Assembly: GCA_003144275.1 (NCBI GenBank)
Contig: NJBF01000023.1
Span: 39,190-71,189 of the forward strand
Source: Candidatus Heimdallarchaeota archaeon B3_Heim
GTDB lineage: Archaea > Asgardarchaeota > Heimdallarchaeia > Hodarchaeales > Hodarchaeaceae
Length of the DNA: 32,000 nucleotides
Direction: 5' to 3'
The translations under genes and the position numbers were made by a program. Of the stretch, positions 1 through 7,498 are shown in pieces. How positions within the stretch are numbered: the stretch's first letter is position 1; each line of letters opens with the position of its first letter. The notes under the pieces were generated by a model. The model did not search any database and was not told the DNA's origin. It saw only the letters and a list, made by a program, of their open reading frames with translations.

Positions 1-90
1 ATGACCTAAGCGGTCAATAACTGTATAGAACAGAGCCTCAGCGAAGTTTATTCAAAATGGTTTGTATTAAAGCCCACACGAGGTCAATGA

Positions 91-408
91 TTACTTTTCT
101 CTTCGATCAAATAGGAAAGCTGTAACAAAAGAAATAATTGCGATAAAAATCGACAATATCGCTAACGAAAATAGATATTCTGATGATCTTTTGAAGTACA
201 AATATAGGGCGTTAGAAGGGGAATAATACCTCTTCATCCAAGCCAATCTTTCAAGTTCTACTCCATAGGTTAGCAGAAGTACTAATGCCAATAAAGTTGC
301 AAGCGCTCCAATTATGATGGGGATTTGGATAGTAATATTTCTATAATTATCGTGTAAGAACGCCCTGACTCTTTCAGAGAAATTCTGATCCTGTTGTTGC
401 ATTTTCAT
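91..408 (-). CDS. Small hypothetical membrane protein (2 predicted TM helices)
   Basis: 105-aa ORF with two hydrophobic segments (IPIIIGALATLLALVLLLTYGV; LFSLAILSIFIAIISFVTAFLF) and a charged tail. An AT-rich TATA-like tract lies upstream (~445-460). Confidence 0.7.
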   Translation of the reverse strand: MKMQQQDQNFSERVRAFLHDNYRNITIQIPIIIGALATLLALVLLLTYGVELERLAWMKRYYSPSNALYLYFKRSSEYLFSLAILSIFIAIISFVTAFLFDRREK

Positions 409-696
409 TTCATATTCCCTTTATCTATCTTTGTAAAAAGATAGTATAAATATAATATGTTAAGGGCAATTCAGAATAAAATCTAGAGGGAATAATTCGT
501 CAAATAAAATTATGGGAAGGACTTATTGTTATTGGTGTGAATTGCACCACAAAAAAGTTTTATTAGCACAATAAATAATCTTCGTCTGTGCTTTGTAGGA
601 TTCAAAAATCGGATAATGTTGTTACAATTACAATATAATGCGATTGAATCTCAAAAAATATGATTTACTTCAAATCAACAAATTATAGATTTCCTG

Positions 697-716
697 TAAG
701 TCCACATGTGGACTTA
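697..716. promoter_or_regulatory. Perfect 20-bp palindrome TAAGTCCACATGTGGACTTA upstream of oppA; candidate transcription-factor operator
   Basis: Exact inverted repeat read from the sequence, 57 bp upstream of the oppA ATG and ~10 bp upstream of a TATA-like TCTATAAA (726-733). The operator role is inferred. Confidence 0.6.
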
Positions 717-740
717 TTCTGAGAATCTATAAAGCACTGA

Positions 741-752
741 CGTGTATACACG
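741..752. promoter_or_regulatory. Perfect 12-bp palindrome CGTGTATACACG between the TATA-like box and the oppA start
   Basis: Exact inverted repeat, located around the expected transcription start if 726-733 is the TATA box. Confidence 0.4.
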
Positions 753-772
753 GACTAGAGGTAAAAAATAAA

Positions 773-2920
773 ATGAAAAATTTATCAAAAATGAAACTAG
801 TGTTCGGTTTCGTCCTGCTTCTGGTTGTATCTTCTAATGTTTCCCCCGCTGGCGCTGCCGTTATGGCAGTTAAAAATCCAGGGGTTTATATCACAGAAAC
901 AATAAGTGCACCAGATCCAATTGATCCAGCCACAAACTATGAAAGCTTTGGCTCAGGACTTAACGAACTCTTATATGAAACATTAATCGACTATGCAGGT
1001 AATTCAGTCACAGAACTAGAAGGTGTTCTAGCTACTGACTGGGTTGTCTCCGAAGATGGACTAGAGTATAACTTTACTCTACGACAAGGTGTTACATTCC
1101 ATGATGGGACTACATTTAATGCTTATGTAATGAAGTACTCATTAGACAGAATGGTAATCATGAACGATCATTGGGGTCCAGCCTGGATGATTCAACAAGT
1201 TGTTGTTGGTGGTCCAACAATTATGGGTATGGATGATGTGAACGTCACTCAAGCAAAAACCTTCGTACAAGGTGATGCATTTGTAGTTATTGATGAATAC
1301 ACATTCCAAATCAACCTGGAAGTAGCCTACTCTCCTTTGATCTACGCTCTTGTTTATCGAGTAGGTTCTGCAGTATCACCCTTTTCAGTTGCTACGCATG
1401 CTCCTGCAGAATACGTGGTTAATGATGCTGATGCTATGTGGGGAATGCTTTCATTAGCCGATTGGTTCCCAGATCTAAATGAAGCAGAAATTCGTACATA
1501 CCTAGGTCTAGCAACGGACTGGGATGTTGACAAATCTGGTGTTGTACCAAGCTCTCCAGGTGACGGTGACAACAATCACGCTTGGATGGCTGTTAATGAT
1601 GCTGGTTCAGGTCCCTACTCACTTGTAAATATAGATCCTGGAACTCTAATTACGATGACTAAATTTACTGGTTGGTGGAATGCTGCAAACTTTGCAGAAC
1701 ACTCTGTTGATCAAATTCTCGTTAAAACTATTAATGAGGTTACCACCCGTATCTTAGATATCAAAGGTGGAGACGCTGACAGCGTATATGTTCCTTCCAC
1801 ACATGCCGGTGAGATCATAGATCTGACCACACGAGAAGTTCTCCCAAGTCTAGCGGCTGATATTGATATATATCTGAACCCCACTTTTAGCGTAATGTTC
1901 TTCGGATTAAATATGAACGATACGTTACCAGCTCAATTTATTAATGAAGCTGCGGATAGTGGTTATAACGCTTCAGCTTGGAAAAGGTTGGATGACGAAA
2001 TATACGGTACGGCTTCACCAGATAATCCATTCTCAGCTCTGAAATTCCGTCAAGCATTCGCATTATCCTTTGATTATGACACTTTCATTGATGCTGTGAC
2101 AAATGGTCTCGCAGATAGAATGGAAGGTGTAATTCCAAACGGAATGTTCGGCCATCATTCAGAGCTAATTGGGGATGAAATACCAAACTTCGATCCTGAT
2201 GCGGCTAAAATATTATTCGAAACCGTTAACTGGACAGGTGATCTTACTATTGGTTTCAACACAGGTAATGAAGTACGCAGACAAGGTTCTCTCTTACTCG
2301 CTGCCACCATCAATGGCATGCTAATTGATGAAGGTACGGACGATGAAAGACCACTCGGTATCAACGTCAACATCCTAGAAATGGCCTGGCCTACATATCT
2401 ACGTGCAGTTCGAGCAAGACAACTTCCAATATTCTTCTTAGGATGGGCACCTGACTATGCAGATCCAGATAACTATGCTGCTCCATTCCTCCACGGAGAT
2501 TATGGTATCTTTGCCCCACGTATCAAATATAACAACTCTGCTGTCAATACACTGATTGAAGATGCAGCAATTGAGCAAAATCTAACTATTAGACAGGAAA
2601 TGTACTGGAATCTTGAAGAAACTGCTGCTAAAGACTTTGCATTCATTTATGCATATCAAGGCACACGCTTCTCAGTAGTTCGTAATTGGTGGGGCGGTGA
2701 CGGCAGTTACGAAGCAAGTGGTTCATTCAATCCTATGAGTTCTTTTGTCAACGTTGAGAAAATCAACAAATATCAAGCAGATGTTACGACAACAACAACA
2801 ACCACTGTTACAGCCACCACAGAAGAAACTACCACTGAGGCTGGCCCTGGTTTCGAATTTGCAGCACTATTTGTTGCGATTTCATTAGCAGCAATATATG
2901 CACGAAAACGAAGACGTTAA
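773..2920 (+). CDS. oppA: Peptide/nickel ABC transporter substrate-binding protein (SBP family 5) with Thr-rich linker and PGF-CTERM anchor
   Basis: Sec signal peptide (MKLVFGFVLLLVVSSNVSPAGA). Family-5 motifs LYETLIDY..GVLATDWVVSEDGLEYNFTLRQGVTFHDGTTF, GSGPY, FRQAFALSFD and GWAPDYADPDNY. C-terminus TTTTTTTVTATTEETTTEAG-PGF-TM-RKRRR. Confidence 0.95.
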   Translation: MKNLSKMKLVFGFVLLLVVSSNVSPAGAAVMAVKNPGVYITETISAPDPIDPATNYESFGSGLNELLYETLIDYAGNSVTELEGVLATDWVVSEDGLEYNFTLRQGVTFHDGTTFNAYVMKYSLDRMVIMNDHWGPAWMIQQVVVGGPTIMGMDDVNVTQAKTFVQGDAFVVIDEYTFQINLEVAYSPLIYALVYRVGSAVSPFSVATHAPAEYVVNDADAMWGMLSLADWFPDLNEAEIRTYLGLATDWDVDKSGVVPSSPGDGDNNHAWMAVNDAGSGPYSLVNIDPGTLITMTKFTGWWNAANFAEHSVDQILVKTINEVTTRILDIKGGDADSVYVPSTHAGEIIDLTTREVLPSLAADIDIYLNPTFSVMFFGLNMNDTLPAQFINEAADSGYNASAWKRLDDEIYGTASPDNPFSALKFRQAFALSFDYDTFIDAVTNGLADRMEGVIPNGMFGHHSELIGDEIPNFDPDAAKILFETVNWTGDLTIGFNTGNEVRRQGSLLLAATINGMLIDEGTDDERPLGINVNILEMAWPTYLRAVRARQLPIFFLGWAPDYADPDNYAAPFLHGDYGIFAPRIKYNNSAVNTLIEDAAIEQNLTIRQEMYWNLEETAAKDFAFIYAYQGTRFSVVRNWWGGDGSYEASGSFNPMSSFVNVEKINKYQADVTTTTTTTVTATTEETTTEAGPGFEFAALFVAISLAAIYARKRRR

Positions 2921-2930
2921 GTCTTCTAAT

Positions 2931-2957
2931 CTCCCTTTTTTTCTTTTTTTTTCTTCT
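2931..2957 (+). terminator. Oligo-T (archaeal-type) terminator of oppA
   Basis: CTCCCTTTTTTTCTTTTTTTTTCTTCT starts 11 nt after the stop codon. Confidence 0.75.
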
Positions 2958-3179
2958 CATATACTCACTCCCCTTTTAATATACAAATATCCTTCCTTAA
3001 CGATAACTACCCATATTTTGCTAAGGAACTTACTCTGAAAGGATGCTATTCAAATTTTAGATTGTTCATTGAATATAGTTGTTCTCTGGCTGAGCTTTTT
3101 AGAAATGAAACTGATTTAAAATTCTGATAAGGAAGTGGTATCAAAAATTTTTACCAGAATTACACCAAAATGAATGTGT

Positions 3180-3207
3180 AAAAAAAAAGTGGAAATAGAG
3201 AGAAGGG
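3180..3207 (-). terminator. Oligo-T terminator of the oppBCDF operon
   Basis: The minus strand reads CCCTTCTCTCTATTTCCACTTTTTTTTT downstream of the last operon ORF. Confidence 0.7.
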
Positions 3208-3252
3208 TTGTTCCCCTAACTGTCCTACTTGGGCAAGTTTTTCAGAATGGTG

Positions 3253-3495
3253 TTATAAGAATGCAAAGAAAAGTGCTAGGATAAAAAATACACCCATAAT
3301 AACAATAAGAGGGAGAAAAATCGTTTGCATCATGGCAATAAAAAGTGCGAGGTAATCTTTCTTTTCTAAGGTTACACCAGCAATCTTGTTGTCCTTAGGT
3401 TCTTTAAAAAGTGAGAGCTGATGAGGATTAGTGGGAATAGTTGCTAATTGCTCTTCAAGACTCTCTTTAGTGCTCTTATCATCCGAACTAATAAT
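3253..3495 (-). CDS. Unannotated ~80-aa small membrane protein at the end of the opp operon, probably with a non-canonical ATT start
   Basis: Hand translation gives IISSDDKSTKESLEEQLATIPTNPHQLSLFKEPKDNKIAGVTLEKKDYLALFIAMMQTIFLPLIVIMGVFFILALFFAFL*. It has a hydrophilic N-terminus and hydrophobic C-terminus, a GGTG SD-like motif ~7 nt before the ATT, and lies between the oppF stop and the terminator. Confidence 0.7.
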   Translation of the reverse strand: MISSDDKSTKESLEEQLATIPTNPHQLSLFKEPKDNKIAGVTLEKKDYLALFIAMMQTIFLPLIVIMGVFFILALFFAFL

Positions 3496-3510
3496 TTCTC
3501 AACACCTTTT

Positions 3511-4545
3511 TTATCTGAAATGACATGCTATTGAATGTCCGCTTTCTTTCTGTTCCAATTCAGGGACTTTCTCAGAACAGATAGCTCTAGCTTCAGGACA
3601 TCGTGTATGGAATACACATCCAGGAGGGGGATTAGCAGGACTGGGAACATCGCCTTTTAAAAGAATAACATTCCTTTCTAAACTAGGATCTGGGATAGGA
3701 ACTGCTACTCCTAATGCACTTGTATATGGATGGACCTTTGATTTTTCCATAGTGAATATCTTTTTAGACCCGACTTCCAAAATCTTTCCCAAGTACATAA
3801 CCAGGATAATGTCAGCCATATGAGTTACTACCGAGAGATCGTGACTAATGAACATATAGGTCAAATTTCGACGTTTTTGAATGCGTTTAAAAAGATTCAA
3901 TACTCTGGCTTGAACAGATACATCTACAGATGCTGTAGGTTCATCTAAGACAAGTAAATCAGGATTCAAAACCAACGCTCGTGCGATACATACTCTTTGT
4001 CTCTGTCCTCCGCTAAATTCATGAGGAAAACGATTTAAATGTTCTTTATCCAGACCAACTTCTCTCATAATTGCTAACACGTAGGGGTTAATTTTTCCTT
4101 TAGGAATTGTTTTATGAACGCGTAAAGGTTCTGTTAAAATATTTCTAACAACCATTCTGGGATTTAAACTTGCGTATGGATCTTGGAATACAATCTGCAT
4201 TCGTTTTCGATACTTACGAAAGTGTCGTTGAGGAATGGTAGATACATCCTTATTGTCAAAGATAATTGTACCTGAAGTTGGTTCAACTAATCGCAATATT
4301 GTTCTTCCTAAAGTAGTTTTACCACACCCTGATTCACCGACAACCCCAATTGTCTTTCCTCTCGGTACTTCAAAAGAAACGTGGTCAACTGCATGAACCC
4401 AACCGATAACCTTACTCAATACGCCGCCCGTGATTGGAAAAAATTTCGTTAAATCCTTTACTTCGAGAAGATTCCCATGTTCTTGTATTTCTGGGGATGT
4501 CTCCTGTGATTCTTCGACATTCTGTGTTTGACTCATAGCTCTCAT
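3511..4545 (-). CDS. oppF: Oligopeptide ABC transporter ATP-binding protein (OppF/DppF)
   Basis: Walker A GESGCGKTT, Q-loop FQDP, signature FSGGQRQR, Walker B LVLDEPT, H-loop ISHDL and C-terminal oligo_HPY motif (HPYT..CVFHTRCP..C..HSIACH). The start is likely ATG 4545 or 4536, just after the oppD stop, not 4584. Confidence 0.97.
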   Translation of the reverse strand: MRAMSQTQNVEESQETSPEIQEHGNLLEVKDLTKFFPITGGVLSKVIGWVHAVDHVSFEVPRGKTIGVVGESGCGKTTLGRTILRLVEPTSGTIIFDNKDVSTIPQRHFRKYRKRMQIVFQDPYASLNPRMVVRNILTEPLRVHKTIPKGKINPYVLAIMREVGLDKEHLNRFPHEFSGGQRQRVCIARALVLNPDLLVLDEPTASVDVSVQARVLNLFKRIQKRRNLTYMFISHDLSVVTHMADIILVMYLGKILEVGSKKIFTMEKSKVHPYTSALGVAVPIPDPSLERNVILLKGDVPSPANPPPGCVFHTRCPEARAICSEKVPELEQKESGHSIACHFR

Positions 4546-4547
4546 CT

Positions 4548-5606
4548 CTATATGTGCTTGTACTCCTTCTCTCGGACATGACACGCAACAAAATGATTTG
4601 GTCGCAATTCTAACAATTTTGGCTTAGTAACTGTACACAAATTCTCTTTTACGTCTAAGTTTTTTTCAGCAAGATAACAACGAGGGTTAAACCTACAGCC
4701 TCCAGGAGGATTCACAAGATTTGGAACAACACCAGGAATCGAATCGAGTTTTTCTTTGGGAGCATGTAGTAGAGGAATTGCTTTCAAAAGACCTTTAGTA
4801 TATGGATGAATAGGGTCTTTAAAAGCTACCATTGTAGAAGCCACTTCCACAACCTGACCGCCATAAAATATAGCCACACGATCACACATTTCTGCAATAA
4901 TACCAAGATTGTGTGTTACAAAAATTAATGTGGTAGTTAGGTCGTCTTTTAGATTTTGCAGCAATTTGAGAATCTGGGCTTGAATTGTTACGTCAAGGGC
5001 AGTAGTAGCTTCATCTGCAATCATTACATCTGGTTTACTGGCAATTGCCATCGCTATCATAACACGTTGACGCATTCCTCCAGAAAGTTCATGGGGGTAC
5101 CTAGAATAAAGGCCCGCAGCATCAGGAAGGCGAACCAGCTCGAAAACTTTAGTAACTTCTTCTTTCAGAATTTGTTTCATTTCCGCCTTTTTGACTTTAT
5201 CCTTTTCGGCATCAGTTAAGCCTGGGAGGCCTTGATGTAGCAGAATTACTTCCGCGACTTGTTCTCCAACAGTCATCAATGGGTTCAGAAAAGTCATTGG
5301 ATCTTGGAATATCATAGCAATTTTTTTTCCCCGAAGTTTCCTTACATCTTCTTCATCCATCTGAAGAATATCTTTGTCTCTGTACATAATCGTACCATTG
5401 ACAATCTTGCCAGGGTCTTCAATCAAACGCATAATTGACCTAACAGTGACAGATTTTCCACATCCAGTCTCGCCAACAAGTCCTAAGCTTTCTCCTTTGT
5501 AAACATCAAATGTAATTCCATCAAGAGCTTTTACTACTCCGTCATAGGTGAAAAAATGGACTCGAATATCACGTAGTTCTAGTACCGTATCTTTAGATTC
5601 GATCAT
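4548..5606 (-). CDS. oppD: Oligopeptide ABC transporter ATP-binding protein (OppD/DppD)
   Basis: Walker A GETGCGKS, IFQDP, LSGGMRQR, IADEATTALD, VTHNL and HPYT..GCRFNPRC..FVACH. Confidence 0.97.
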   Translation of the reverse strand: MIESKDTVLELRDIRVHFFTYDGVVKALDGITFDVYKGESLGLVGETGCGKSVTVRSIMRLIEDPGKIVNGTIMYRDKDILQMDEEDVRKLRGKKIAMIFQDPMTFLNPLMTVGEQVAEVILLHQGLPGLTDAEKDKVKKAEMKQILKEEVTKVFELVRLPDAAGLYSRYPHELSGGMRQRVMIAMAIASKPDVMIADEATTALDVTIQAQILKLLQNLKDDLTTTLIFVTHNLGIIAEMCDRVAIFYGGQVVEVASTMVAFKDPIHPYTKGLLKAIPLLHAPKEKLDSIPGVVPNLVNPPGGCRFNPRCYLAEKNLDVKENLCTVTKPKLLELRPNHFVACHVREKEYKHI

Positions 5607-5622
5607 CTTATACCAACCATTA

Positions 5623-7485
5623 TTACCGTCGTATTTTTGGATCCATTACATCTCTCAATCCATCGCCAATAAGATTGAAGGCTAGCACGATTAGGAAGAT
5701 AACTAGGCCTGGGAAGAAAACAAGCCATGGTGCTTGAATAAAGTACTCTCTTCCGTCAGCAATCATTCTTCCGAGTTCTGCATCACCTGGATTTGCACCA
5801 AATCCAATGAAGCTTAAACCTGCTGCAGTAAGCACAACTCCACCTAAATCTAACGTGGCTGCTACAAGTAGCGGATAAAGGCTATTTGGTAATACATGTC
5901 TGAAAATTATACGTGTATTACTCAATCCTACAGCTCGGGCAGCTTCGACATATAGCTTATTTTTTTCGGATAATACTTGGCCACGGGCAATTCGAGCATA
6001 ACCAGCCCACCACACAACAATTAAGGCAATAGACAGATTGAACATATTCTTCCCAAGAGCGGCGGCAATGGCCATAGCCAATATTAATCCTGGAAAAGCA
6101 AAGAAAACGTCAGTAATCCGCATCATCAGGTTATCTACCCATCCACCGTAATACCCAGCAATAGCACCAATTATAGTTCCTACTACAAGTGCCCAAGTAA
6201 CAACCCAAATAGCTAGCGTCAGGTCTAACTGGAGTGCCCAGATACATCGACTGAAAATATCACCACCGATGGCATCTGTTCCAAATATTAAAGGTCTACC
6301 GTCAATCTCTGTATACTGCTCTGCGTATGTTACTTCACCTTGGCTAGAAAATACGATCAGGTCACTCATATTATCCTGATTAAAATCACACCAAAGGAAA
6401 TCGACACCAGGTACTTCTTCTAAAACTGGAAAAGAGAAAGTCACATAAAGACTATCTTTATCCATTTCTAGAAAGTTTGGTGAGAGTTTTAAGCCAATTG
6501 AGGTATAATAATAGTAATGACCAGAATCGAAAATAAGGATCATATCCCAACTCTCTGTTGGATTTATGTGTAAGATATCTACTCTGATTGAACCTGTACC
6601 TAACCCTTCTAATGGCAATACTTTGTCGTAGACGTCTAGTGGAGCGTCTTCATTGAGCTCAAGTTCCCATATTTCATGACGCATCATTGAAGCGTCATTT
6701 ATGTAAACGTAAACCTTGAAATCAGTTGAACCTACAACCAGATCGATCATATTATTGCTATCGCGATCGAAGTTAACAAGTGTAGGGTGAGCTTGTCCCG
6801 GAAAATGAAGAATACTGCCAGTACTATTTCGCACTAAGGAAAAATCGGTCCAGTTTGCGTTGTTGGGCGTTCCTTGATTTATACTCCTGTAGAGATATCC
6901 ATCATCACCACCGATCATTAAGTCGGTAACATTGTCACGATTCATATCTCCTGTAGTAGGACTCACTCGTGTAACATTTTCAGGTAATGTTGGAAACTGG
7001 TATGAAGTATTTAAAACCCATTCGTTTTCTCCAGCTTCTTCGCCAATATTCTCATAATAGAGTAATTGGCTATCGTCAGTCCCTAAAAGAACGTCTATTT
7101 TTGTATCGTTATTTAAATCAACAAGCCAATTCCGAACGAGAATATCTTCATCAAGTTGAAATTGGTCTGAAAGATCTGAATAATCTGTCCAAAGGAGATA
7201 TTTTCGTGTATCAATTGCCCCAGGTGGTTCTTGTTTTAGAATTCGTCCTTCCAAAGGATCCAGAAGAAACTCTTTGGGTCCATACGGGGTAATCGTAGGA
7301 GCCAATAGAGCGATAATCACTAAAAATGATATTGTCCCAAAACCGAAAAGAAAGAGAGGACTCTTTCGTAAGAGGGAAATACTGTGTCTAATTTCTTTTC
7401 CCCTTGTTCTTAAAGTTTCTCGGAAGCTAAATATTTCTGAAGGTACATCTTCATCAAGCATATCTAATTCATAACCAGTTGTCAT
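5623..7485 (-). CDS. oppC: Oligopeptide ABC transporter permease OppC/DppC with an inserted FG-GAP/VCBS-repeat domain (620 aa)
   Basis: N-terminal TM1 ending APTITPY..PP, then FGTDAIGGDIFSR, GYYGGWVDNLMMRITDVFFAFPGLILA, EAA motif YVEAARAVGLSNTRIIFRHVLPN and APWLVFFPG. A ~306-aa repeat insert spans 6301-7218. The start is taken as ATG 7485 (RBS GAAGGAGG); the 7566 start would overlap oppB. Confidence 0.93.
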   Translation of the reverse strand: MTTGYELDMLDEDVPSEIFSFRETLRTRGKEIRHSISLLRKSPLFLFGFGTISFLVIIALLAPTITPYGPKEFLLDPLEGRILKQEPPGAIDTRKYLLWTDYSDLSDQFQLDEDILVRNWLVDLNNDTKIDVLLGTDDSQLLYYENIGEEAGENEWVLNTSYQFPTLPENVTRVSPTTGDMNRDNVTDLMIGGDDGYLYRSINQGTPNNANWTDFSLVRNSTGSILHFPGQAHPTLVNFDRDSNNMIDLVVGSTDFKVYVYINDASMMRHEIWELELNEDAPLDVYDKVLPLEGLGTGSIRVDILHINPTESWDMILIFDSGHYYYYTSIGLKLSPNFLEMDKDSLYVTFSFPVLEEVPGVDFLWCDFNQDNMSDLIVFSSQGEVTYAEQYTEIDGRPLIFGTDAIGGDIFSRCIWALQLDLTLAIWVVTWALVVGTIIGAIAGYYGGWVDNLMMRITDVFFAFPGLILAMAIAAALGKNMFNLSIALIVVWWAGYARIARGQVLSEKNKLYVEAARAVGLSNTRIIFRHVLPNSLYPLLVAATLDLGGVVLTAAGLSFIGFGANPGDAELGRMIADGREYFIQAPWLVFFPGLVIFLIVLAFNLIGDGLRDVMDPKIRR

Positions 7486-7498
7486 ACCATTTCCTCCT

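Noticed and set aside
2786-2806. ACA trinucleotide run as a microsatellite or phase-variation site
   Set aside because: It is explained by the Thr-rich linker; codons are mixed (ACG/ACA/ACC/ACT) and a triplet slip would not shift the frame.
2930-3127. 66-codon open frame on + between the two terminators
   Set aside because: It begins inside the poly-T terminator, has no upstream start codon or RBS, and shows no recognisable motif.
3499-3513. Read-through fusion of oppF with the downstream 80-aa ORF (same frame)
   Set aside because: Two stops (TAA, then TGA) separate them, and OppF ends at its normal C-terminal ACH motif.
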